DNA of 64,000 nt from Elusimicrobiota bacterium (lineage in GTDB: Bacteria > Elusimicrobiota > Elusimicrobia > UBA1565 > UBA9628). Below, piece by piece: positions 45,489 to 54,577 of this stretch. Each line of letters opens with the position of its first letter. Within the stretch, counting starts at the first letter, position 1. The notes under the pieces are model-generated. The model searched no databases and was not told where the DNA came from. It saw only the letters and a program-made list of their open reading frames with translations. The position numbers were made by a program, and so were the translations under genes. The stretch covers positions 9,330-73,329 of the forward strand of contig JBBTJN010000033.1 of the NCBI GenBank assembly GCA_038059415.1, written 5' to 3'.

Positions 45489-47242
45489 TGTCTTTCCAGG
45501 CTCAGGTGGCGCACCTGTTGGCGGGCGCGAAATCCACGGCGGCCCTTGCGAAGCTGCTGGGCGTGTCGGGGGCGAAGGATGGGTGGACCTTGCGGTCGTT
45601 GTGCGGAGTCGGCGCGACGAATGTCCGCGTCGGCCTAAGCAAAGGCAAGATGCGCCTCGCGTTCTATCTTCTGCCCAAGGGCGCGCCGAACGCCGTCGCC
45701 GAGACCGCCGGGCTGTCCTTGACTGCCGAGGGAGATCCGGGGCCGGCCATGAGAAGGCTCGTCGCAGCTGTGGCCGGACGGCTCGGCGCGCGCACCCTGG
45801 AGGACGTCCTCAAAATAATCGCGGACGATCCCGAGACCTTCGTCGAGATGGTGCCGGGCGGAGGCCCGGAGAGCGGCCTGCGCGTGCCCCTGGCCGCGGG
45901 CCCGATCAACCTTCTCGAGGCCGGCTGGCGCAACTTCTTCGCCGATCAGGACTATGAGGTCCTTCTCGGCTATCCTGAGCTGAAGATGAACAAGACGATC
46001 TACGCGCGCTACTCCGACCGCGAGTGCCTGTACTCGTGGTCCGGCAACGACCCTCGCAAATGGTCGTTCTTCGCCTATCCGGTGCGGGTTCCCTCCGACA
46101 GCTTCGGGGCGACGGTGTTTCGCACAGGGATCGTGATGGAACTTGAGGAGCGCGACATGGTCCTGGGCGCAGTCGAGAAGGCTGACGCCTTGGTCGAGTC
46201 GGTGGCCAAGGCCTCGGTCGGCTCCGGCGCGGATTACGTCGTCTTCAACCACTTCTGCACCTCAATTGTCATGGGCGAGGACTCCGGGTCGATTACGCGC
46301 CGCATCGAGGAAGCCAGCGGACTGAAAACCGTCTGCTGGAGCCACGGCGATCGCGATCAACTCAACAACTTCGGCGAGCACTTCAAGCAGTTGTTCGCCA
46401 AGCCCGGATTCTTTGACGCCCCCGTCGAGAAATCGTCCGTGAACCTTTTCCATTTCCCGACTGACTTCCGTGAGGCGGAGTTGGTGCCGCTGCTCGGGGA
46501 GATGGGAGTGAAGGCCAACACGCGACTGTTCCCCGATGTGGATTTCCCGTCCATGGAGAGGATTTCAAGCGCCGCCGCCCATGTCTTCTGCGCGGCGACC
46601 TCCTACCAGTCCAAGCTTCCGGAACTCCTGGCCGGCGGGCCCCGTCCGGTGCTGACGACGCGGGCGCCGTACGGGATCGAGGATACCGGAGAGTGCCTCA
46701 AGGCCATCGCGAAGGCCGCGGGACGAGAGAAGGCCTTCGCGGCGGCCTGGAAGAAGAAGCTCTCGGCGCTCAGACCCGCCTGGGAGGACATGACGAAGCT
46801 GGCCCGGGGGTTCCGGCTTGCTTTCGTCGTGTCGGAGACGACCTTGCCCATGCTCTGGGAATTGCGCCACGGGCAGGGCGCGCCCATGATGCGTATGATC
46901 GAGGAGATGGGATTTGGCGTCGATATCCTCTACTACGACCCGCACAACGAGAGGCCGGATATCAATGCGGACTCCCGCTGCGCGAAGCTCCAAACCTTCC
47001 GTACGCCGCGGGATCTGACGCGGGCCTTGCGCGAAGGTGATTTCCGTGCGGTCTATTCGGATATCTTCTTCGACTGGAGGATCAGCGCGTCGGGCAAAGC
47101 GCGCTTCTCCAGCAAGGACTTCGAGATGGGGCTGGACGGGGCGCTGCGGTCGCTGCGTCGGCTGCTCGCGGTTTGCCGTCTGCCTTTCTATGACCGCTAC
47201 GGCAGCCATTTGGCCGGGCTTGCAGGGAGGGAACTTGCCTAA
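45488..47242 (+). CDS. Nitrogenase component-1-like subunit, B-type, copy 3.
   Basis: It is a paralog of the 40132 gene, with NHFCTSIVMGEDS and [29 protein letters not shown]. Confidence 0.7.
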   Translation: MSFQAQVAHLLAGAKSTAALAKLLGVSGAKDGWTLRSLCGVGATNVRVGLSKGKMRLAFYLLPKGAPNAVAETAGLSLTAEGDPGPAMRRLVAAVAGRLGARTLEDVLKIIADDPETFVEMVPGGGPESGLRVPLAAGPINLLEAGWRNFFADQDYEVLLGYPELKMNKTIYARYSDRECLYSWSGNDPRKWSFFAYPVRVPSDSFGATVFRTGIVMELEERDMVLGAVEKADALVESVAKASVGSGADYVVFNHFCTSIVMGEDSGSITRRIEEASGLKTVCWSHGDRDQLNNFGEHFKQLFAKPGFFDAPVEKSSVNLFHFPTDFREAELVPLLGEMGVKANTRLFPDVDFPSMERISSAAAHVFCAATSYQSKLPELLAGGPRPVLTTRAPYGIEDTGECLKAIAKAAGREKAFAAAWKKKLSALRPAWEDMTKLARGFRLAFVVSETTLPMLWELRHGQGAPMMRMIEEMGFGVDILYYDPHNERPDINADSRCAKLQTFRTPRDLTRALREGDFRAVYSDIFFDWRISASGKARFSSKDFEMGLDGALRSLRRLLAVCRLPFYDRYGSHLAGLAGRELA

Positions 47243-48572
47243 GGCACCGGGAGTGCGCCTCAATCCTCCGTATCTTCATGGGGCATTTTTGGCCCTCAAC
47301 GCGATCTCAGACGCCTATTTCCTGGGCGACGGTCCTGACTGCATTCGGGCCAAGGGCGAGCAGATACACGGCAGGCATGATCTCTTCTCGACCTTGATGT
47401 CCTGCAAGGGCGAGCACCGCATCCATTACACGGGTCTGAGCGTGTTCAACATCGCAGCGAACCTCGAAGGCGAGATCGCCGCGGGCCTCGAGCGCATCGC
47501 GCAAAGGCCAGCCTGCGGCGCGGTCTTCATGGGCTCGGTGCCGATGTGCACAATCGCTGGCACCGATTACGAACGTATCGTGAGGCAGGTTTTCGACGGC
47601 GGCTTCAAGCCGGCCTTCGTCGTTCCTCCTCAGATCGGCCTGGCGGGGGACTGGCTCGACGGCTACGCAGCGGTTCTCGAAGTCATGGCCAAGGGCATGG
47701 ACCTGAGCGGCGCCGCGCCGCGGTCGGAGAACGTGGCGGTGGTCGGCTACATGATGGGGCGCAACGAGGGCGACCACAAGGGCAATATCCGTGAGATCGA
47801 GAGAATCCTACGCGCCCTGGATCTCGAACTGGTTTCGACCTGGCTTTCGGGCGGCGACTACGAGAGCCTGCGGGCGGTTCGCCGGGCCGGATCCATCATC
47901 GCCTTCGGACATGGGCGCAAGGCGGCGGGAATATTGGCGGAGAGGCTGGGCGTCAGGCTCATCGACGCCGAGCTTCCCTTCGGCCTGGCCGCGACGAAGC
48001 GCTTCGTCGAAGCTCTCGGTCGTGATTTCGGCAGGGAGGCGCAGGCCGAGGCCTTCATTCGTGCGGAGCTCGATGCCGTGGTTCCGGCGCTCGAATGGGC
48101 GGTGCCTCATGCCTTCCTGGGACGGCGCTTCGCCTATGTCGGCGACCCGCATTACGCAGCGGCCTTCGCCGAGATGATCGAGGAACTGGGCGGGGAGATC
48201 GCGGGGATGATTTTGCTCGGCGGGGAGCGGCATCTGAGGCAGGCCGCGAGAGCCTCTCTGACGGCGCGTTCGCGGACCGTATTCGAGCCAATGCAGAACG
48301 ATCTCGCGCGGGACTGGGTCGGCCTGAAGCGCAAGGACGCAGACGTGCTCGTGGCCACCACGATGGCCGTTGAATTCCTCAGGCCCGAGACGTCGTGGCT
48401 CGAATTTGGCTATCCCTCGGACTACACGCACTTCCTCAAGGACGAGCCTTTTCTCGGTTTCCGCGGAGCGCTGGGATTCTGCTCTCGGCTGGCCAACGAG
48501 GTGACCAAGGGGTTCTGCATGGATTGGATGACGCCGCGGGAAATGCAGTCAAAGGAAACTGTATCATCATGA
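47235..48572 (+). CDS. Nitrogenase component-1-like subunit, A-type, copy 4.
   Basis: The TTG start gives LPKAPGVRLNPPYLHGAFLALNAISDAYFLGDGPDC, paralogous to other A-type N-termini. It is preceded by GGAGGG. Confidence 0.65.
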   Translation: MPKAPGVRLNPPYLHGAFLALNAISDAYFLGDGPDCIRAKGEQIHGRHDLFSTLMSCKGEHRIHYTGLSVFNIAANLEGEIAAGLERIAQRPACGAVFMGSVPMCTIAGTDYERIVRQVFDGGFKPAFVVPPQIGLAGDWLDGYAAVLEVMAKGMDLSGAAPRSENVAVVGYMMGRNEGDHKGNIREIERILRALDLELVSTWLSGGDYESLRAVRRAGSIIAFGHGRKAAGILAERLGVRLIDAELPFGLAATKRFVEALGRDFGREAQAEAFIRAELDAVVPALEWAVPHAFLGRRFAYVGDPHYAAAFAEMIEELGGEIAGMILLGGERHLRQAARASLTARSRTVFEPMQNDLARDWVGLKRKDADVLVATTMAVEFLRPETSWLEFGYPSDYTHFLKDEPFLGFRGALGFCSRLANEVTKGFCMDWMTPREMQSKETVSS

Positions 48573-48618
48573 AGGTCCTAGATGAGAGAGGCGGTCAGAG
48601 GATTTACAGGAGCTGCCA

Positions 48619-49449
48619 ATGAGCATGGAGAACAACATCGTCGTCTTTGGGAAGGGCGGCATCGGAAAATCCACGATCTCGTCGAACTTAAGCTCGATCT
48701 ATGCCCTCCAGGGACTCAAGGTCCTGCACGTGGGCTGCGATCCCAAACACGACAGCACGTTGGGCCTCGTTGATGGCGAGCTGATCGAAACTTTCATGGA
48801 GAAGTACACGCGGATATTCGGGGTGCGCGATCATGCCGAGCTCAAGCCCTCCGACCTCATCGTCAAGGGCCGCCTCGGCATCGACTGCGTCGAGGCCGGC
48901 GGACCGGAGCCGGGCGTGGGATGCGCGGGACGGGGAATCTCCCTGATGCTCGAGGCGTTGCAGGACCTGGGCGTGTTGAAGGCGGGCGGCTATGACGCGC
49001 GAATATTTGATGTTCTTGGAGACGTCGTATGCGGCGGCTTCGCCGCGCCTCTGCGCAAGGGCTTCGCCGAGAAGATAGTCATCGTGGTTTCGGAGGAGCT
49101 CATGGCTCTGTACGCGGCCAACAACATCGCCAAGTCCGTTAAAACGTACTCCTCGAACGGCGTTTATCTCGCGGGCTTGGTGGCCAACCTGAAGGACGGC
49201 AAGGTGGAACGCAAGAAGCTCGAGACCTTTGCTAGAACACTGGGGACCCGAATACTGGAGTTTGTGCCGCGCGATCCGGCCGTGCGCAAGGCGGAATTCG
49301 CCCGCAAGAATACGGTCGTCGAGATGGCGCCCAAGAGCCCTTTCGCGAAGAGCATCACGTCCCTGGCGGCGAAGGTTCGTGCCATCCGCAGAGAGGACTG
49401 CCCTATTCCCACACCCATGGATGATCGCCAATTCTACAAGGGCTGGTGA
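48619..49449 (+). CDS. Stand-alone NifH-like ATPase (nitrogenase iron protein / BchL / CfbC family).
   Basis: 276 aa. The P-loop is VVFGKGGIGKST. The cluster Cys pair is GCAGRG and [12 protein letters not shown]. It has 60-70% identity to the N-terminal domains of the two fusion proteins. Confidence 0.85.
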   Translation: MSMENNIVVFGKGGIGKSTISSNLSSIYALQGLKVLHVGCDPKHDSTLGLVDGELIETFMEKYTRIFGVRDHAELKPSDLIVKGRLGIDCVEAGGPEPGVGCAGRGISLMLEALQDLGVLKAGGYDARIFDVLGDVVCGGFAAPLRKGFAEKIVIVVSEELMALYAANNIAKSVKTYSSNGVYLAGLVANLKDGKVERKKLETFARTLGTRILEFVPRDPAVRKAEFARKNTVVEMAPKSPFAKSITSLAAKVRAIRREDCPIPTPMDDRQFYKGW

Positions 49450-49497
49450 GCGTGCTATGAATCAGGTCGACCTCTGCCGCCGCGCGAAGGCGGCGCC

Positions 49498-50700
49498 GTG
49501 ACCGCGGTTTTCTACTACGGACTCTTCGTGATCCTAGCCTCGGTCATTTCGTTCCAGGACTGGAGGGAACGCAAGATTCGCAACAGCCTGATCGTCATGG
49601 GATTGCTCGCCTGCGGGGCGGGCTTCTGCCTGCTCCTGACGAACAGCCTCATAGGCGCGAGCCATGCGCGCCTCTGGCTGCTGGGAGAATACTATCTTCC
49701 TCTGGGCTACTATCCCAGAATGATCGTCCATGTCTTTCTAAGCCTCGTGGCCGGCGTGGGCTTGTGGCGCTATTCGATCTGGCCGGCCGGGGACGCGAAA
49801 TTCTTCACGCTGGCGGCGTTCTTCACCGCCCTGATCGATCCGAACATCCCCGGCTTCCCCTATTTACTTTTCCTGGTGCTTCTCATCAACATCTTCGTGC
49901 CGGCGGGCCTGGTTTTCGTAGTCGAGACTCTCGCAAATCTCGCGCTGAGCATCCCGCGCCTGCGCACGGTCAATTGGAGCGGGCGGCTTAAAGCCTGCGC
50001 AGAGGTGGTCGCCATTCGCGCCGGGGAGATGTGGCCCTATCGCGTCGAGTATCTGATCCTCGGCGTGAACCTCTTAGCCTTTTTTTTCGCGCTGCAGATG
50101 ACGGTGTTTCATTACAGCAAGCTCGTCAGGGAGCCTTGGGGGTCGCTGGCTATTTTCGTGCTCATGTTCGCCTGCTGGGGCAGCATGGTGAAAGTGCTGC
50201 GAAATAAGAAGGTCGGGGTCGTGGTGTTTACGGTCCTCTGTGTCGTGGTGCTGATGGGCGTGTTCCACCTGCACTGGGCCGTCAGGGAGGGCTTCTTCGC
50301 GGCCCTGCGCATGGTCTTTAATTTCGGGATGCTTCTCTCCGTGGGCAGACTGCTCTTTTCCTGGATCATCGAGCGCGACAGCCTCCGGGAGCTTTGCGCG
50401 TCGGACCTCAAATACGGCGACATCCTCTCTGATTTGACCTGGGCTAAAATCAGCGCGGAGAGCGACCTCTCCGGGAAAATGGGTGAGCGCTACGTCGACG
50501 GCCTGTCCCATAGCGACGTCGCGACGCTGAAAGCCTGGCTGGCGAGCCGAACGACGGCGGACTACAACATCTATCACACGATCCCGTTCGCGCTGTGGAT
50601 ATTTCTCGGAACGCTTTGGACCATTTCATATCGGGGCAGCGTCGTCACGGCCCTCGCTCCGTATTTCATCCGAGCTCAGGAGGTCCTTTGCAAAAGATAA
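49498..50700 (+). CDS. Polytopic membrane protein with an A24-type (prepilin-peptidase-like) aspartyl peptidase signature.
   Basis: It has multiple hydrophobic helices. A first Asp context (SFQDWRERKI) and the second-Asp GxGD-like motif WPAGDAKFF resemble the GGDVK/GxGDxK motif of A24 peptidases. GC content is lower than in surrounding genes. Confidence 0.45.
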   Translation: MTAVFYYGLFVILASVISFQDWRERKIRNSLIVMGLLACGAGFCLLLTNSLIGASHARLWLLGEYYLPLGYYPRMIVHVFLSLVAGVGLWRYSIWPAGDAKFFTLAAFFTALIDPNIPGFPYLLFLVLLINIFVPAGLVFVVETLANLALSIPRLRTVNWSGRLKACAEVVAIRAGEMWPYRVEYLILGVNLLAFFFALQMTVFHYSKLVREPWGSLAIFVLMFACWGSMVKVLRNKKVGVVVFTVLCVVVLMGVFHLHWAVREGFFAALRMVFNFGMLLSVGRLLFSWIIERDSLRELCASDLKYGDILSDLTWAKISAESDLSGKMGERYVDGLSHSDVATLKAWLASRTTADYNIYHTIPFALWIFLGTLWTISYRGSVVTALAPYFIRAQEVLCKR

Positions 50701-52991
50701 CGATTTTCGGTAAAGGCGGCATCGGCAAGTCCACGTTGTCGGCCAATCTGGCGGCCGTCTACGCCAAGCGCGGCCTGAAGGTCATCCTCGTGGGCTGCGA
50801 CCCCAAGCATGACACGACCATCTCTCTGACGGACGGCAAGCCCATCCGAACCGTAGTCGAGCATTCCGCCTTCATGGATTCCTCGGGCGGAGAGCTCTCC
50901 GGGATTCTGGTGCGCGGCCGGTTGGGCGTCGACTGCGTGGAGGCGGGCGGGCCCGAGCCCGGCATCGGCTGCGCGGGCCGGGGCATCGGCCGGACGATCA
51001 GCTTACTCGAGGACGCGGGAGTCCTTGATGCGGGCCGCTACGATGTCGCTCTCTTCGACGTGCTGGGGGACGTGGTCTGCGGAGGATTCGCCGCTCCCCT
51101 TCGGGAGGGCTTCGCGGACAAGGTCGTGATCGTGACCTCCGAGGAGTTGATGGCTCTCTACGCGGCCAACAATATCGCCCGCGCCATCCGCAACTACAGC
51201 GAGAACGGCGTCGCCCTGTGCGGCCTGGTTGCCAATCTCCGCGACCTGGACGCTGATCGCGCGAGCGTGTCGCGATTCGCCGAGCAGATCGGGACCGGTG
51301 TCCTCTCCTTCTTCTCCCGCGAGGCCGCCGTCCGCGAGGCGGAGTACAAACGCGTCACCTTGGTCGAGCACGCGCCCGAAAGCGAGCTGACCCGGAAGAT
51401 CGAGGCGTTGGCAGGGAGCCTCCTGAGCTTCGATCGCAGGACGGTGAGCGTGCCCAACCCTCTTACGGATGAACGCTTCAACGAGCTGTCCCGGCAGGCG
51501 TTCATCGTCAGTTCCCCCCAGTTCGGCGCGGCTCGTCCTCCTCGTCCCAGGGTTGCGCCGGTTGCTCCGCCGCCGCAGGCGCGCTCCGTCTCGCCGGTCC
51601 GGCCCGATATGGAAAAGGACATGGCTTGGCAGTCCAAGCTTTGGGAGGGGAACCCGGGCATGAACTCCCAGGTGTGGGGGGCGCAAGATCAGTGGCGGCG
51701 TTTCTACTGCGACTTTGAAACGCGCCGCAACGTCAGGATGTCCATGGAGGGAGGGACCCCCATGGTCAACGTCTGGCATCAGGACCTTGAGTGCACCTAC
51801 TCCACGCCGAACTTCGAGGACGGGAGCCTGCCGGCCTTCTACAAATTCCCCTGGCCCCGCGCGGAAAGGAACAACGATAACGGCGAGGACCGGCCTGATG
51901 ACATGTCCTTGAGCACCATCATGACGAACATCAAGGATCTCGACGTCATCCACGGCGGCGGCAAGAAGCTCGATGAGGCCATCGGCGAGGCAGTGAAGAA
52001 CGCGAAGGGACGCGCGCAAGCCATCATCGTCCACTCGACCTGCATTCCGACCGTCATCGGAGACGACGCCGAGGCCGTCGTCAAGCGCTGGCAGGCGCGC
52101 ACGAGGATCCCGATCGTCTACATGAATCCCGCCGAGAACAGCTGTCAGGAATTGGACGTATGCTTGATGCTCTTCAAGAAGATGCAACAGGCTCCTTCGT
52201 TCGCTAAGATCGCACGGCGCAAGAACACAGTGAATCTGGTGGGCTTTCCCCCCGGTCCGGCTCTCAAGGAGCTCGTAAGCCTGCTGCATGACATCGGCAT
52301 CCGGGTCAACTCCTGCGTGATGCCGACGCTGAGCCTGGAGGTCGCCCGGCGTTACCTCGCCGCCGAAGTCCAAGTCCTCTATCCGAACGCGGCCTATGCG
52401 GCGACTTATAAGGAATTTTTCGAGCCCATGCCCATCCGCACCCTCAAGCCCGGCGCGCCGTATGGATTTGAGGGGACGAAGAAGTGGCTGGAGACTTTGG
52501 CAGGCGAGTTCGGCTTGAAGAGAAAGGTCCGCTCCGCCTACGGGCAGGCGGCGAAAACTTTGACCGCCGATTGGGAGGCCGGTCGCCGCGAGGCGGCTGG
52601 CCAGGGCCTGGCCTTCGTCGTGGACGCCTATCACGTGGGGCGCCTGGCCGACCCGGCTCTGACCTGGGCGATTCCGGTGCTGAGGTTCCTGCGCGAGATG
52701 GGATTCGGCGTGGAGATATTGTGCTACGGCCGGGCCCTAAAGCAGGCGCCCCATTTTACCCCCTTCAGCGCTCCAGCGGAGCTCGAAGCGCTGCTGCTTG
52801 AGGGCCCGTTCCAGGCCGTCTACTCGGAATACGCCTATGACTCGAGGTTGGCCCGGGCCGGGAAGGCGCAGTTCTCTCTCGAGGATTTCGAGATGGGCCT
52901 GGGCGGGGCCGTGCGCACCTTGCGCAAACTGGGCGGGATTTGCCGCTGGCCGTTCCAGAGGAGATATGCGAAATACATGGGGATGTTGTAA
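50688..52991 (+). CDS. Fusion protein: NifH-like ATPase joined to a B-type nitrogenase component-1-like domain, second copy.
   Basis: A TTG start gives LQKITIFGKGGIGKST and GCAGRG...VCGGFA. The C-terminal domain carries WRRFYCDFE, DVIHGGGKK, VHSTCIPTVIGDD and AVYSEYAYDSRLARAGKAQFS. The track ORF starts 31 codons earlier inside the upstream gene. Confidence 0.75.
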   Translation: MQKITIFGKGGIGKSTLSANLAAVYAKRGLKVILVGCDPKHDTTISLTDGKPIRTVVEHSAFMDSSGGELSGILVRGRLGVDCVEAGGPEPGIGCAGRGIGRTISLLEDAGVLDAGRYDVALFDVLGDVVCGGFAAPLREGFADKVVIVTSEELMALYAANNIARAIRNYSENGVALCGLVANLRDLDADRASVSRFAEQIGTGVLSFFSREAAVREAEYKRVTLVEHAPESELTRKIEALAGSLLSFDRRTVSVPNPLTDERFNELSRQAFIVSSPQFGAARPPRPRVAPVAPPPQARSVSPVRPDMEKDMAWQSKLWEGNPGMNSQVWGAQDQWRRFYCDFETRRNVRMSMEGGTPMVNVWHQDLECTYSTPNFEDGSLPAFYKFPWPRAERNNDNGEDRPDDMSLSTIMTNIKDLDVIHGGGKKLDEAIGEAVKNAKGRAQAIIVHSTCIPTVIGDDAEAVVKRWQARTRIPIVYMNPAENSCQELDVCLMLFKKMQQAPSFAKIARRKNTVNLVGFPPGPALKELVSLLHDIGIRVNSCVMPTLSLEVARRYLAAEVQVLYPNAAYAATYKEFFEPMPIRTLKPGAPYGFEGTKKWLETLAGEFGLKRKVRSAYGQAAKTLTADWEAGRREAAGQGLAFVVDAYHVGRLADPALTWAIPVLRFLREMGFGVEILCYGRALKQAPHFTPFSAPAELEALLLEGPFQAVYSEYAYDSRLARAGKAQFSLEDFEMGLGGAVRTLRKLGGICRWPFQRRYAKYMGML

Positions 52992-54262
52992 TGGGACAGC
53001 AATTCAGCTCGCCGATGAATTATCCGACCCTTCTCGGCGTCTACCTGGCGGTCAACGCGCTGAAGGACGCGTACGTGCTAGTCGACGGGCCCGACTGCGC
53101 CTTTTACAAGGCCCACTTTATCCACGGCCGTCATGACCTGAACTCGACCTTGCTTCGCATCAGCGGCCGCCATCGTGTCGCCTTCACCAACATCTGCTCG
53201 CGCGGCGTCGTCAAGGAGCACGACGACATCCTCGGCCGTGAGATTCAGAGGATGGATGGCCTTGAGGAATCAGGGCTGGTCCTGGTGACGGCGCTGCCCA
53301 TGTGCTCGATTACGGGAGTCGATTACGGCCGCGTGATCCGACTGCGCGCCAAAAGCCTGAGCAAGCCGGCCATCGACATACCGCCCGAGTCTTTGGTCGG
53401 CGATTGGCTCGACGGCTATGACCAGACGCTCCACGCGTTGGCCAAGGGGATCGAGCTCGACGCCAGCCTGCGTCGTCCGAGGACCGTGGCCGTCGTCGGT
53501 CATCTCATGGACCGCAACGAGGGCGATCATCTCGCCAACATCGCCGAGATGCAGCGTATGCTTCAAAGCCTTTCTTTGGAGACGGTCTCCGTCTGGCTCA
53601 GCGGGCAGGATTGCTCAGACCTACGCCGCGTCGAGGAGGCCGACATCATCGTCTCCTTGCCCTACGGTCGCGCCGCGGCGCGGCGCCTGGCGAAGCGGAC
53701 GGGCGCGCGCCTCGTGGAGACCGAGCTCCCGTTCGGGCTTCCCAAGACCGTGCGCTTCATGCGCGACGTCGGCGCCGCCGCGGGCAAGGACCGGGAGGCC
53801 GAGGCCTTCATCGACGCGGAATTGTCGAGGGTGGTTCCGCGCCTGAAGTGGATCATACCGCAATATTTCCTCAATCGCCGCACGGGTTTCATGGGCGATC
53901 CGTATCTCCTGGGCGGCTTCCGGGACATCGCCGAGGACCTCGGCATGAAGGTGGAGGGGGCCATCGTCCGCGGTCGCAGCGCGCACGGCGTCGCATCGGC
54001 GGGCGCCGACGTGCTTTATGAACCGCCGTCCATGTCCGACGAGGTCCGCAAATTTATGCAGCTCCCTCTCGATGTTTTTGTCTCCTGCTGGTGCGAGCAT
54101 GAGTGGCCTCAACTTAAATTCCCGACGATGGAATTCGGCTTTCCCAGCTACCGTCACCATGCGCTCTCCGACCGTCCTTTCCTGGGTTTCAACGGGTTCT
54201 TGGCCTTTGTGGAGAGAATGGCCGATGAGTTGACCCGTCCGCCCCGGAAGGCCCATGGTTAA
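52991..54262 (+). CDS. Nitrogenase component-1-like subunit, A-type, copy 5.
   Basis: The N-terminus is MGQQFSSPMNYPTLLGVYLAVNALKDAYVLVDGPDC. The ATG overlaps the upstream TAA (TAATG). Confidence 0.7.
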   Translation: MGQQFSSPMNYPTLLGVYLAVNALKDAYVLVDGPDCAFYKAHFIHGRHDLNSTLLRISGRHRVAFTNICSRGVVKEHDDILGREIQRMDGLEESGLVLVTALPMCSITGVDYGRVIRLRAKSLSKPAIDIPPESLVGDWLDGYDQTLHALAKGIELDASLRRPRTVAVVGHLMDRNEGDHLANIAEMQRMLQSLSLETVSVWLSGQDCSDLRRVEEADIIVSLPYGRAAARRLAKRTGARLVETELPFGLPKTVRFMRDVGAAAGKDREAEAFIDAELSRVVPRLKWIIPQYFLNRRTGFMGDPYLLGGFRDIAEDLGMKVEGAIVRGRSAHGVASAGADVLYEPPSMSDEVRKFMQLPLDVFVSCWCEHEWPQLKFPTMEFGFPSYRHHALSDRPFLGFNGFLAFVERMADELTRPPRKAHG

Positions 54263-54452
54263 GGGCCGAGGCAAGGAGTCGGTTCAGGTTTGGGAGACTT
54301 TCATTGAGCAGGGGCGGCTCGATGAGAAAAAGGAGATGCGTGAAATCCTGGAGGCGGGGCTGAAGCGAGCCAAAGGCATCCGCCGTCCGGAACACTCTCT
54401 CAACTCGATCTGGCTGGGACGCCATGCTCGTCCTCCTCATGAAGAAGCTTAA
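54255..54452 (+). CDS. Small ORF (65 aa) after the last nitrogenase-like gene. It is possibly a small protein or peptide, and very uncertain.
   Basis: An ORF only. It reads MVKGRGKESVQVWETFIEQGRLDEKKEMREILEAGLKRAKG, is charged and helical, and has no domain match. Confidence 0.12.
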   Translation: MVKGRGKESVQVWETFIEQGRLDEKKEMREILEAGLKRAKGIRRPEHSLNSIWLGRHARPPHEEA

Positions 54453-54577
54453 CATCACCCGCAGTGCCGCCTGACCTGCGTGCAGATGCGCAAGATTTTG
54501 ACGTCCAGGCTCGATTGGGATGAAGGAGTCCGGCGCTGGAGGAAATACATGCAACCCCTACGGATGGAGAGACTTCC

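Noticed and set aside
31242-54262. Calling the Nif-like genes a bona fide nitrogen-fixation (nifHDK/nifEN) cluster.
   Set aside because: There are five B/A pairs of about 430 and about 580 aa. The gene order is B before A rather than nifH-D-K. Two copies have H-B fusions. No nifB/nifV/nifX-type genes are present and the genes are embedded among rSAM and RiPP genes. This points to a nitrogenase-like group-IV-type reductase instead. Ligand residues could not be checked without alignment.
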